64,000 nt of DNA, taken from Candidatus Kerfeldbacteria bacterium (lineage in GTDB: Bacteria > Patescibacteriota > Patescibacteriia > UBA9570 > XYC2-FULL-38-9). Shown here in pieces: positions 47,946 to 57,906 of the stretch (position 1 is its first letter; every line of letters begins with the position of its first letter). A program made the position numbers and the translations under genes. Under the pieces are notes generated by a model that ran no database searches, was not told the DNA's origin, and saw nothing but the letters and a program-made list of their open reading frames with translations. Where the stretch lies: positions 192,053-256,052 of the forward strand of contig JACPGJ010000007.1 of the NCBI GenBank assembly GCA_016182555.1. The letters run 5' to 3'.

Positions 47946-49703
47946 TTATTGTGGCATAAGAAACGCCATTGTTTGATTTGCACGCAGAGTGAGAACACCA
48001 TTCTGCGTTGTTTTGTGTATACGTGATTGCCCAAAACGCGCAATGCTCCATTGTTGAACACCGGGAAAGGTTAACTCCTGTTTGATTGACGAATCAGAAC
48101 TCCAATAGGCGTAAAAAGATTTTTTTGAGCCGTGAAACTGATATAGATATTCATTGCTTGCCGTGCTGCTGAGCAGCTCATCGATGGTCACCTCTCCATT
48201 TGCATGGCTACCATCTTTGTCATCTATAATCAGCGAATCAAACCGTAATGGTTGGTCTGGTACGCCGTTGCCATTCCCTCCCCAGAACGCTTGCACGTTG
48301 TTCAGCTCAAGGGTATACCGCGCCATAGTATTTGGCATCGTTCCAAGCGTATATTGGAACGTTTCATTATTTGCATCGATAATGCGAAGACGCAATACGG
48401 TATCATCATTACTCCCACGCAGCTGCAATTGGAGCATCTGTGTATTCATTGGCAACTGGGTGGAATGAGAAACCACGGCATAACAATTCGTGTCTGCGGT
48501 AAACGCATACGCAATGGTGATGCGCCCAGCCGTGGGTTGTGTCGTATTTGTTTGTGTGCACACGGAATCTGCGGTACTCCACTGGTCACGAGTATCAAAT
48601 TGGTCAACGCTCTGCTCATTTGGTAGACGCTCACCAACAAGTCGTTTTCGATTCAAGTGCTTTTTTGCAAATTGATACGCGGCAACACTCAATTTTTCTG
48701 CATAGTGATGTTCTTGGTCTTGAAACAACCCAAAATGTCCATTCACATCTGTGGCGTTGGTATCACTATCCGTTAGCGTATACCAAAACACTTTTCGAAT
48801 GTGCGGCTCCGACAAGGCAATGGTATAGATACGCAGAAGATAGCATGCTTGCTGCTGCTGGTTCATACCTGGTTCGTTAGCATCTGGCCCATTCGCCGCA
48901 CCAATCTCCGTCAGCCATACCGGCATCTGAGATAACCCATGTTTGCGTAAAACAGCAGAAATCCCGTGCAGATCTGTTTCAAGCGTTGCTAATCCGTTAC
49001 GGGCATCTTCTGGCATATACATTGTCGTGCTGCCATCAAGAAAGCGATATGGGTGAATGGCAACGACATCAATGAGGTTCGTGTCCGCAAGCTGACTGAG
49101 CACGGCATCTAAAAACACGCTATCCGCTCCAGACAAACCACCCAATACCACTTTCGCATCCGGGTCTTGTGCATGAATCGCCTTTGCCGCAGTGGTCACT
49201 AATTGTACATAGTCATCCACCGTCCCCTTCCAAAAACCGGAGTGGTTGGGTTCATTCCAAATTTCCCAAGCCGGTACACGTCCAGCATAGTGCTCGGCCA
49301 CGCGGCCAACATACTCCTTCCACGCGTCGTTATCTGGTGGATAAAATTCCGCGTCACTGTTTCCCGGCTCGGTCGAAGCCCACGCCGCACTGTAGGTCAA
49401 CAATCCCAGCATCTGGATATCATTCTGCTCATACCGATTCACAATGTCATCGTAATCATCAAAAACATATACTCCGTCTACTGGTTCAATGTCATTCCAG
49501 CGAAATTCTTCTCGTCCCCATTGTACACCCGTTTTTTTCGCTTTTAATAACACCGCATCTTGGTCTTCTACCGGCACACGTTGGTGTAGGTGAATATTTA
49601 CTCCAAATGCGTGCTTGATCATGGGGGCAGCGGCCGTGACTTGAGGGATAAAAAAAACACCGAGCACCACCCCGAGAGTGAACACCCGGGCGAAAAATTT
49701 CAT
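47946..49703 (-). CDS. secreted glycoside hydrolase, clan GH-A (GH5/GH39-like) with a C-terminal beta-sandwich region
   Basis: Signal peptide. Catalytic WEIWNEPN (NEP acid/base). Downstream nucleophile region LTEIG. Confidence 0.6.
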   Translation of the reverse strand: MKFFARVFTLGVVLGVFFIPQVTAAAPMIKHAFGVNIHLHQRVPVEDQDAVLLKAKKTGVQWGREEFRWNDIEPVDGVYVFDDYDDIVNRYEQNDIQMLGLLTYSAAWASTEPGNSDAEFYPPDNDAWKEYVGRVAEHYAGRVPAWEIWNEPNHSGFWKGTVDDYVQLVTTAAKAIHAQDPDAKVVLGGLSGADSVFLDAVLSQLADTNLIDVVAIHPYRFLDGSTTMYMPEDARNGLATLETDLHGISAVLRKHGLSQMPVWLTEIGAANGPDANEPGMNQQQQACYLLRIYTIALSEPHIRKVFWYTLTDSDTNATDVNGHFGLFQDQEHHYAEKLSVAAYQFAKKHLNRKRLVGERLPNEQSVDQFDTRDQWSTADSVCTQTNTTQPTAGRITIAYAFTADTNCYAVVSHSTQLPMNTQMLQLQLRGSNDDTVLRLRIIDANNETFQYTLGTMPNTMARYTLELNNVQAFWGGNGNGVPDQPLRFDSLIIDDKDGSHANGEVTIDELLSSTASNEYLYQFHGSKKSFYAYWSSDSSIKQELTFPGVQQWSIARFGQSRIHKTTQNGVLTLRANQTMAFLMPQ

Positions 49704-51988
49704 ACCCGTACGCGAGATAAATAAGAATATTCAATCGGTATCGTAATCGTGACCGTGGTTCCTTGTTCTTCAATACTCGTAAATGCAATATGACCACGCA
49801 ACAATTCGGTATATTCTTTTGCTAAGTACAACCCCAACCCATTGCCATCCGGCACCACGCGTTGCGCATTTCGAAAACGAATAAAGCGTTGAAATAATTT
49901 TTCCTGGTCATCTTTGCGAATGCCAATGCCGGTATCCACAATACGAATAACAAAATGTTGTTCATGTATATTTACAGAAAAAGTCACCTCTCCAGTGAGT
50001 GTATACAAAATCGCATTTGATAATAAATTATCTAACACCATGCTCATTTTTTTCTCATCGCTCACAAAATGCGCCGGCAAATTGGGCTGCAGTTCCACGT
50101 GGAACCCAACAGTGTCATCTGGTTTTGCTTTGAATAGCCGACGGGCACGACGAACACGCGTATCAAAAAAATCTTTTGTGTCAATTTGGGTAATATTCAC
50201 ACTGGGGTTTGACCCAATCATTTCAGAAACAGCCAAAATATTGTCCGCGGTACTGCGTAAATTTTCACTAGCCAGGAAAGCGTTATTAAGCAAATGTATG
50301 ACATGCTCCAATTGGTCTGTGGTGAGCATGGCGTTTGTTTCTTCTATTGCTCGCTTCCCTGGTTCGGTTTGTGGAAGATAATCTTCCAAAATGAGCAGCA
50401 GACTATTGCGAATGACGCTAATCGGCGTGCGTAATTGGTGAGAGGTCACATCAATAAATTGAGAACGTACACGTGATAGTTCTTCATTTTCTTGAGATTT
50501 TTGCTTCCACGCCGTTACCGCTTTATCTACTTCTGTTTGCAACAATTTTGTCATGTTCACCTTATCCTGGTGCATTTTAGAATTGATAAGCGCAATCGCT
50601 AATTCTTTGGAAATATCTTCCAGCAAATCAATATCTTCCGTCGTATACGGTTTTCCCTTTGGTTTTTCTCCAAGAATAATAAATCCCATAATCGATTGAC
50701 GTGAACGCAAAGCAATAATGAGGTTTGCTTTCGCCTGTTGTAATACTCGTTGTACTTCAAGGAGTTGCTGCCGTTCTTTGAGAGTAATATCGCCATGCAG
50801 CGTGTATTCAATTTCATCACACACATACGAAATGTGCCCATCACTGAATGCGTCAATGAGGAGCGTTGATGGTTGCAAAAACGCATGGAGTTGTTCGGCG
50901 GTATAATTGGATGATTGCAACAGTTCAAATGTGTGGTTTTTCGGTGCAATGTTCATGAGAATCGCCACATTATCTATTCGCATTTCATCCACTAATGACG
51001 CCAGAATTCTTTTGGTCAGTGTGTCGAGGTCGAGGATCGATGGCGCATCTTGTGCCAATTGTTTAAGTGACTTTTGATATTTATGTGTCCGTTGAAACAA
51101 CACGTAGCTGAAACGCGTCTCTGATACTCTGGCACGAAAAAATTCGTATAAGAAAATATTGCCTACAAGAGCAAAAATCCCAATGATAATCGGATTGATG
51201 TTTGTATTGTGCAATACAATAATGGTGAGTAATGCAAAAATGATTGTCGACGTTATCAATGGGAAAAAAATATTGACGAAACGTTGAATTTGAATATTGA
51301 TATCAAACAAACGATGTTTCAAGATGGCATAGGCGGTGGAGGTAATCATGATCAGTGTAAAATCTGGACCTAACCATACATAAGAATAATTTCCGATCAA
51401 CGGTAATATTAAATTAAAAAATACACCGAAAATCATTGTCGCTGTAAATCCTAAAATAATAAAACCCAATTGTTTTTTTTGTACGCTGCGTGAGCTACGA
51501 TAACGTTGAATAAAATTGTAATAGAGTAAAATAAGAGAAATAAGAATATATAACGCATAAAAAGATAATAATGGCGTGGTTATCAATTTCCGGGGTGTTT
51601 CTGTAATATCCACACTTTTTAAAACTGATCCGGGGATGCTCACCAAAATGATAAGGATTATCGCCGGAAGAAAAATATATTTTTTATAATACCGTAAAAG
51701 TACACTCTTAGTTTCTTGATAGGGGAAAACAAAAGAAAAATAACACATGCTACTGACCAAAATAATGCCCGAGATATAACTCAAAATAGCTAACCAATAG
51801 GCCCAATCGACTGAAGTTGTTATTTGAAAATGCGCATTAGTATAAGCCCATAACGCAACGGCTAATGCCCACACAGCATAAGAAATGTGTATTTCATTTC
51901 TATTTTTTTGAAATAAAACAATTATCGCAAGAAACGTGTTCACAAAAATAACAACGATAAGCAATATAATAATCCAAAGAAAAGACAT
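49700..51988 (-). CDS. sensor histidine kinase with multi-TM N-terminal sensor, GAF-like linker, HisKA and HATPase_c domains
   Basis: About 8 TM helices. H-box SHQLRTPISVIRNS. N/G boxes NLLSNAILYT...DTGIGI...GNGLGLYLAKE. Confidence 0.8.
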   Translation of the reverse strand: MSFLWIIILLIVVIFVNTFLAIIVLFQKNRNEIHISYAVWALAVALWAYTNAHFQITTSVDWAYWLAILSYISGIILVSSMCYFSFVFPYQETKSVLLRYYKKYIFLPAIILIILVSIPGSVLKSVDITETPRKLITTPLLSFYALYILISLILLYYNFIQRYRSSRSVQKKQLGFIILGFTATMIFGVFFNLILPLIGNYSYVWLGPDFTLIMITSTAYAILKHRLFDINIQIQRFVNIFFPLITSTIIFALLTIIVLHNTNINPIIIGIFALVGNIFLYEFFRARVSETRFSYVLFQRTHKYQKSLKQLAQDAPSILDLDTLTKRILASLVDEMRIDNVAILMNIAPKNHTFELLQSSNYTAEQLHAFLQPSTLLIDAFSDGHISYVCDEIEYTLHGDITLKERQQLLEVQRVLQQAKANLIIALRSRQSIMGFIILGEKPKGKPYTTEDIDLLEDISKELAIALINSKMHQDKVNMTKLLQTEVDKAVTAWKQKSQENEELSRVRSQFIDVTSHQLRTPISVIRNSLLLILEDYLPQTEPGKRAIEETNAMLTTDQLEHVIHLLNNAFLASENLRSTADNILAVSEMIGSNPSVNITQIDTKDFFDTRVRRARRLFKAKPDDTVGFHVELQPNLPAHFVSDEKKMSMVLDNLLSNAILYTLTGEVTFSVNIHEQHFVIRIVDTGIGIRKDDQEKLFQRFIRFRNAQRVVPDGNGLGLYLAKEYTELLRGHIAFTSIEEQGTTVTITIPIEYSYLSRVRV

Positions 51989-52072
51989 ATTTTAATTATA
52001 CACTATAAGTAAAAAAAGTGTTGATGGGAGGACGCTTGTTGCCAAACGCCCTCCCATCGATCCTTGCTTCAT

Positions 52073-52702
52073 CTATGGATGCAGCTTGGGGATTGTTACC
52101 CTAAGGTCAAGGATAGCAAACCACCCCTGATCCCCATACTGCACCTTAACAATGAAACAGGAGTCGTCCACTCCCCGCTTTGCTAGAGCAGAGAGAAGAT
52201 CTGCTGTCACAATCATCATCAGCCATCGTTTTCGGTGGCTGACGCACCACTCTGCGATTTCGAATACAAGCCGGTTCGCAACCTCCGGCTTAGCCCGAAA
52301 ACCAGCCCGTATCGCAAATCGCGACACCTCAACGCAGGCGTAGTGATTCTGCGCGAGGATTTCGAGAACCACACCGCGCTGGTCGCGGAGAAATCGTTGG
52401 AAAAATGAGTCACCGAACATGAAATCGCCAATTTCTCGACCCTCCACGATTCGGCTATAACCCACCACCCTGCCACCCTCGTGGATGACCAGGTGATTGG
52501 TCGTTTTTTTATTGTCCCAACGATCAGTTTCCCGACCATTGAGACCACTGGCGACCCAGTGTAGTTCGGTATCGAAAACCGAGCTCCTGAATCGCCAGGC
52601 CTTGTCGAGCAAAATAAACGAGGTTAGGCGCGGGCCCAATCTCATATTGTGATGCGCCTGGCACCACACAGCATGTAAGCTCATACTATCCCCTCCATTC
52701 AT
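52073..52702 (-). CDS. GNAT-fold N-acyltransferase resembling LuxI-type autoinducer synthases / N-acyl amino-acid synthases
   Basis: EVSRFAI and the preceding ...HEGGRVVGYSRI... align with the LuxI-family core ELSRFAV. GC content about 50-55% against ~35% in flanking genes. Confidence 0.4.
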   Translation of the reverse strand: MNGGDSMSLHAVWCQAHHNMRLGPRLTSFILLDKAWRFRSSVFDTELHWVASGLNGRETDRWDNKKTTNHLVIHEGGRVVGYSRIVEGREIGDFMFGDSFFQRFLRDQRGVVLEILAQNHYACVEVSRFAIRAGFRAKPEVANRLVFEIAEWCVSHRKRWLMMIVTADLLSALAKRGVDDSCFIVKVQYGDQGWFAILDLRVTIPKLHP

Positions 52703-52811
52703 GAGCTGATTGCTGCTAGCACCACAACGGCACCATAAACTAGCCTATAGCAAAAAAAATATAATGCAAACTTATAATATACACATTCATGGTAAATACT
52801 TTATAACTAAC

Positions 52812-54299
52812 TCAAATATTACTATATGCATCTTCCTTTAACTTCAACTTCATCCCTTCCAATGTCTCTTGCCAATGAATGCAGTTGGATAATTGAAAAC
52901 CAGCTATTTTGCTCAATTTTTCTATCGCTTCAATTTCTTCTTCTGTATACGTTTCACCAGTCTTTTTTGCAGAAAGCATGCCAATTCCGACCACTTTTTC
53001 TGTATTTCTCAATATCACTAGCACTGCTGCATTTTGTTTTTCCATAAAACGACAAATCTGTTTTGTTCCAGTTTGATCAGATAATGCTTCCCACAATATT
53101 ACTTGCGTAGATTTCGCATAACCGTTGAGTAATGGCAGAACGGGATCATCAAATGAAATGCTCTCCTTGTTGCGCAAAGGAAAATAGGAAACGAATCGAT
53201 GATGCCGGCGCTCTTCAATAAACAAATTTATGACGTCTATTTTCGCAATCCGTTGTATGCCCGCAACATATTCCAATATAGCTGTTTCTAATTCATGCGT
53301 CGATTGCAATTTTTCGATATCTTCAGCAACATTTTTCGATAAATCTAACTCATCGAGAAAAAAAATTTTATTGAAAAATAGACGTATTTTCCGCTGGTAA
53401 GTAGATGCGCACAGTGCCAAAAGAATCAATGCAATAATCCAAACAAAAATTGAATGTAGGTTATCGTACACCAGTGTGGTGATAAAAATGAATACAATAA
53501 GGCTCATGAGCAATGATGCACCATAGACAATTGATTTTTTTAATAACACCTGAATGCTCATCAAGCGATAGCGAGTAATAGTATAAACCGTAGATAGGGT
53601 AAATATACTAGCAGCAATACCTGCCACTACTTGTAATAATACTGCAAATGTCGTACCCCATTCTTCTCTACCGTTCATGACACTCAACACTGTCGGCATC
53701 AAACAAGCAACCAATAAACAAATACACATTGCAATGAGTAAACTAAATCCCACATAGGCAATCCGAATTCTTTGAATACCCTGCGAACGCCGATATCCTT
53801 GTATAACAAGGAAAAAAAGAACAAAAAATACTGGTATAAACGATGCATAATACCAAAAAAATAATGGGCCTTGTGTCAGATAATAATTGTAGGTTGTATT
53901 ATCAATATAAACACGCGAACCAATGACCACCCCCGGAATGCTGACCGCAATAATAAAAAAAATAGCAATTGCAGCGAGACCAATAATCATAAAACGCTGA
54001 AGAACAGACCGATTGAGTAAACGCCAAATAAAATATGTGACGAGAAAAACAAGTAATACAGAAGAAGCGAGAGCAATTTGATCGATCAATAAGGAAAGTC
54101 GTGCAGGAGTTTTAATAAAAAAACTTATCCACGCACTGCTTTCCCAAAGCAACAGAACCACAAATACTCCATAAAAAATTTTGACGATTGGATCTTTTTT
54201 CTTATTGAATATTAAAACCCACAAAAATACTCCTGCATCAAAAACAATAGTTGAAGCAAAAAGTACTTCTAAAAATTTAATTGTGCCAACTTGTTCCAT
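52812..54299 (-). CDS. polytopic membrane protein (7TM-receptor-like sensor plus GAF-like domain, no kinase), paralog of the HK N-terminus
   Basis: About 10 TM helices, then FFLDELDLSKNV...THELETAILE...VGIGML...EEIEAIEKL. This region is homologous to 54312-56096 and to the HK sensor part. Confidence 0.55.
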   Translation of the reverse strand: MEQVGTIKFLEVLFASTIVFDAGVFLWVLIFNKKKDPIVKIFYGVFVVLLLWESSAWISFFIKTPARLSLLIDQIALASSVLLVFLVTYFIWRLLNRSVLQRFMIIGLAAIAIFFIIAVSIPGVVIGSRVYIDNTTYNYYLTQGPLFFWYYASFIPVFFVLFFLVIQGYRRSQGIQRIRIAYVGFSLLIAMCICLLVACLMPTVLSVMNGREEWGTTFAVLLQVVAGIAASIFTLSTVYTITRYRLMSIQVLLKKSIVYGASLLMSLIVFIFITTLVYDNLHSIFVWIIALILLALCASTYQRKIRLFFNKIFFLDELDLSKNVAEDIEKLQSTHELETAILEYVAGIQRIAKIDVINLFIEERRHHRFVSYFPLRNKESISFDDPVLPLLNGYAKSTQVILWEALSDQTGTKQICRFMEKQNAAVLVILRNTEKVVGIGMLSAKKTGETYTEEEIEAIEKLSKIAGFQLSNCIHWQETLEGMKLKLKEDAYSNI

Positions 54300-54311
54300 A
54301 AATCAACATTT

Positions 54312-56096
54312 TTAAAATGTTTGTTCATACTCTTGCTCCTTCAGGCGTATTTTTACACCTTCAATCGTTTCATGCCAATAAATGATACTACCCAGACTAT
54401 ACTGTGATAGATGGATCAATTTTTTTATTGCTTCAATCTCTTCTACCAAATACGGTTCTTTTGTCTTCTTATAACCCAACGTAACAATACCGATAATTTT
54501 TGATTCAGCATTTTTCAATATCATCAACCCAGCAGCTTTGTGTTTTTGTAAAAAACCAAAAATCTCTTGTACATATTTCTTTTTGCTTTTCGCTAATTCA
54601 TCAAAAAATATAACCCCGTCAATATTTTTTCTATCCATAATAAGCCCACTAAATGAATCATCAAATGCAAGAGCTATTTTACTGCGTTTGGAATAATAAG
54701 AAGCAAAACGATGATGTTGGCGCTGCGAAATCCACACATCCAATACATCAGCTTTCACAATTTCTTGAATACTGGCAACCAATTGAAATACAAAAGTTTC
54801 TAATTCGTGAGTAGAATTCAATTTTTGCGCGTTGAGAGATAAATTTTTTGATAAATCTAATTGATCCAAGAAAAAAATATGATCAAGAAAACATCGCATT
54901 TTACGTTTGAGCACTCTGAGTACAATCAATATTACACCCATGATTGCAACCGCAATAAGAAAAGATTCAGTACGAATATATACAAATGAACCGATAGCAA
55001 TAATAAATGCTATACAACTAACTATCGTACCACCATAGACCACAGATTTTCGCAACACAACATGAATATTCATAAATCTATACCTAGTAATGGCATAGCT
55101 TGTTGCAACAACGAAAAAAATAGTAGATGCAGAACCAAGCATCATATATCGGCCATCAAAAAATAATGGCAAAATACCATTTAACGCAACACCAATAATA
55201 CCGCTGATAATAACACTGGGTAAAATATATGTTAGCTGATAGCGTTTGATGCGATCTTCTGTTGTTTTATAGAAATGAAATAGGTAAAACTTGGCAAGAC
55301 CCATAAATATAAAAAAATAGATCGTGTAAATAATATAGAGCGGCCCAGGAATAAAATAAGCCGCATTAACGACACCATGATAACCGCGAATATTCCATGA
55401 CGTAAATATGGCTGGCAACATCAATAAAGGAATAGTAAATATGAGTATACCTCTGAATAAAGAAACGTGCTGACCAATAAATACTTTACTAAATAGTAAA
55501 TAGGTACTGGGGATGGCAGATACACTCAGAAATGCAAGAGATAGAAAAAAATGTATCTCTTCTGGCTTGTGCATAGCAAAAGCAAGAAAAATAGAAGCAT
55601 TCCACGATGCGGCTTGTAAACAAACCAATCCAAAAATGTAACTCAGCGTATTACGGTTTTTATGAACAAGCAAATAGATGCCATTGGTAATATTACCCAC
55701 CAGTGCAACGAGCAAAATAATGAACTGTGCGGTAGCAAACATAACGATCATGAAAAATAAACTTTTACTTCTAATGTTATACTCCTCTCTGAAAAATGGG
55801 TCAACCGTAGAAAAACCGAAAAAATAGCTGGGAATATAGCCGTCTAATTTACGCCAACTATTTTTATGCGAATGATAGCCAAAAAAAGTTTTCCACAGAC
55901 GGCTCTCCGCTAAACGGAATATATAATCCAGTAAATAAAACCCGGTTTGAGCGATACCTGTTTCGCTATGGATGTCGAAAACAGGGTAAATCAAACCGGG
56001 GATGGCTGATGACGCCCAAAAGCCATCATTTGTTGTGGTTGCATTGAGGGGTGGTAGTGAAAGGCTTCTACTGAGCCAGGTGAACCCAGAGTTCAT
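54312..56096 (-). CDS. polytopic membrane protein (7TM-receptor-like sensor plus GAF-like domain, no kinase), tandem paralog
   Basis: C-terminal FFLDQLDLSKNL...THELETFVFQ...IGIVTLG...EEIEAIKKL is clearly homologous to 52812-54299. Confidence 0.55.
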   Translation of the reverse strand: MNSGFTWLSRSLSLPPLNATTTNDGFWASSAIPGLIYPVFDIHSETGIAQTGFYLLDYIFRLAESRLWKTFFGYHSHKNSWRKLDGYIPSYFFGFSTVDPFFREEYNIRSKSLFFMIVMFATAQFIILLVALVGNITNGIYLLVHKNRNTLSYIFGLVCLQAASWNASIFLAFAMHKPEEIHFFLSLAFLSVSAIPSTYLLFSKVFIGQHVSLFRGILIFTIPLLMLPAIFTSWNIRGYHGVVNAAYFIPGPLYIIYTIYFFIFMGLAKFYLFHFYKTTEDRIKRYQLTYILPSVIISGIIGVALNGILPLFFDGRYMMLGSASTIFFVVATSYAITRYRFMNIHVVLRKSVVYGGTIVSCIAFIIAIGSFVYIRTESFLIAVAIMGVILIVLRVLKRKMRCFLDHIFFLDQLDLSKNLSLNAQKLNSTHELETFVFQLVASIQEIVKADVLDVWISQRQHHRFASYYSKRSKIALAFDDSFSGLIMDRKNIDGVIFFDELAKSKKKYVQEIFGFLQKHKAAGLMILKNAESKIIGIVTLGYKKTKEPYLVEEIEAIKKLIHLSQYSLGSIIYWHETIEGVKIRLKEQEYEQTF

Positions 56097-56108
56097 CTAC
56101 CATAGAGG

Positions 56109-57794
56109 TTACTGGCAGACAGTGTTCTCTTCTTCGCCGACCTTCAAATAGATGTCGCCGAACTTGCCGAAGAGAAAATCTCCGCTTGTTTCCCTGTCGT
56201 AGCCGCTGAGAATCGTATACGTAGAACCAAACGAGGTACCTGATGAGTTCGCTGCGGAAATCACGTCACTACTGTCGTCTTTGTACGCCAGCACGTCGTA
56301 TTTCCCGTCCGAATTCACGTCGTAGGTGTAGTAACTGTGGCTGGAAGAACCAAAACCGCTCTTCCACTGGCTTTGGGAAGTGGATGTGGTTCCACTCGAC
56401 TTCGCCACATAAATCTTCGTGCCAGAAGAATCAAACCGAACCTGCACCAAATCGAACTTCTTGTCGCCCGTGGCGTCCCCTGCCAAGTAACGGCTAGATT
56501 TGCATCCCCAGTTGCTGAGCCAAGCATATTCACTGGTGGAACCACCTTTCAGAAGCCGCCACTTCAGCTTGTATCCCCCCGTTTCACAAGCTTGAGTCGT
56601 ATCGCTGGTGTTGTAACCACGAAGCACGTCCACAGCTGAATCGCCCGTGAAGTCGCCAACAACGAAAATGTCGGTGGAAAGATCAGAACCAAAATCACTC
56701 GCCCACACAGCACACGAACCAAAACCACCCGAGCCATTGGAATCGCAATGCTGCCACTCAATGACACCATTGCCGCGATCAAACACACGGATGAGGTCAA
56801 GCTTGGAATCCACAATCCCATCGCTTGACTTCCAACGCCCCAAGTAATATTTCTTGGCCTTTTCCGTGGTTTCCATCCAAATTGTCTGGTCTTCCCACGT
56901 GCCATTACCTCCTGCTACCCACACCTTGGCGCGCATGGTGCCGTCATCTTGATGGGTGATCAGCACGATATCCATGAAACCGTCGCCAGTGACATCACCA
57001 CTCAGCCACTGGTAATAATACTGTGTGCTGCCCTGATTGTTGATAACCGGATCGGTATAATCCTCACCCATATCCGACCGATTCAAGAGCTTGAGTGCAC
57101 TGCTTTCGTAATAGTACGCGTGGAAATCAAACGCATCTCCATCCGGATCCGTGAGCATCATCATCTCTTTCACCGGAGTGGTTGAATAGATTGGCGTAAC
57201 GGTCGTCGTGCATTCGTCATGCGCCTGAATGAACGCCACCGGGTCGGTGTAGTTGCCGGTCGAACTGGCGTAGCCAGCCGTGTAGCAGTACCCTGGACCA
57301 TCGCAGTAGATTTCTGAAAATGGCCCGTCGTAGATGCCGAAGTGGATATGATCCGGTGAGCAAGAGGAATCGAGATCGGCAATATCACCGATATACTGCC
57401 CCTTGGCAACGCTCATCCCTTCGTAAATACCTGCTGCCGGTGCGACGTGGCCGTAAATGGAACAGACTTTGCTGCCATCGGACATGGTGTGCTCGATGAC
57501 GATCAGATACTCCCAATCTGGACACGGCGTGTAGGCGCCAGCGTACATGACGACACCATCGGCAACCGCGTAGTTGTCGGTACCGGCCGAAACACAGGCA
57601 TCGTCACCCAGGTGATATTCGTAATCACCATCGCCATCACGATCCACGTAGACGGCCCAACCGTAGCACCCATCATTGATAGGGTAGTTGGCGAACGGCA
57701 GTTGAAACGACTCAGCCACGTCCTGCGCATTGGCGGTGAAACACGCACCCAGACAGAACAACAGCCACCACAGAACGAACTTGCTGGTACTCAT
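56109..57794 (-). CDS. secreted M23 peptidase fused to FG-GAP/VCBS repeats
   Basis: Signal peptide. M23 core HLGDD...GHV...DHIHFGIY. Repeated D.TGDG..D motifs (DVTGDGFMDIVL, GDFTGDSAVDVL, GDATGDKKFDLV). Confidence 0.7.
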   Translation of the reverse strand: MSTSKFVLWWLLFCLGACFTANAQDVAESFQLPFANYPINDGCYGWAVYVDRDGDGDYEYHLGDDACVSAGTDNYAVADGVVMYAGAYTPCPDWEYLIVIEHTMSDGSKVCSIYGHVAPAAGIYEGMSVAKGQYIGDIADLDSSCSPDHIHFGIYDGPFSEIYCDGPGYCYTAGYASSTGNYTDPVAFIQAHDECTTTVTPIYSTTPVKEMMMLTDPDGDAFDFHAYYYESSALKLLNRSDMGEDYTDPVINNQGSTQYYYQWLSGDVTGDGFMDIVLITHQDDGTMRAKVWVAGGNGTWEDQTIWMETTEKAKKYYLGRWKSSDGIVDSKLDLIRVFDRGNGVIEWQHCDSNGSGGFGSCAVWASDFGSDLSTDIFVVGDFTGDSAVDVLRGYNTSDTTQACETGGYKLKWRLLKGGSTSEYAWLSNWGCKSSRYLAGDATGDKKFDLVQVRFDSSGTKIYVAKSSGTTSTSQSQWKSGFGSSSHSYYTYDVNSDGKYDVLAYKDDSSDVISAANSSGTSFGSTYTILSGYDRETSGDFLFGKFGDIYLKVGEEENTVCQ

Positions 57795-57906
57795 GACACA
57801 TCCTCCTGCAAAAGAATACTCAGCCTAGGCCAGAATACATTCCTGGTCTAGCGCGACCCATCATCAAATAATGAATCAGCGTTACACCATGAATGGCAAA
57901 AAATGA

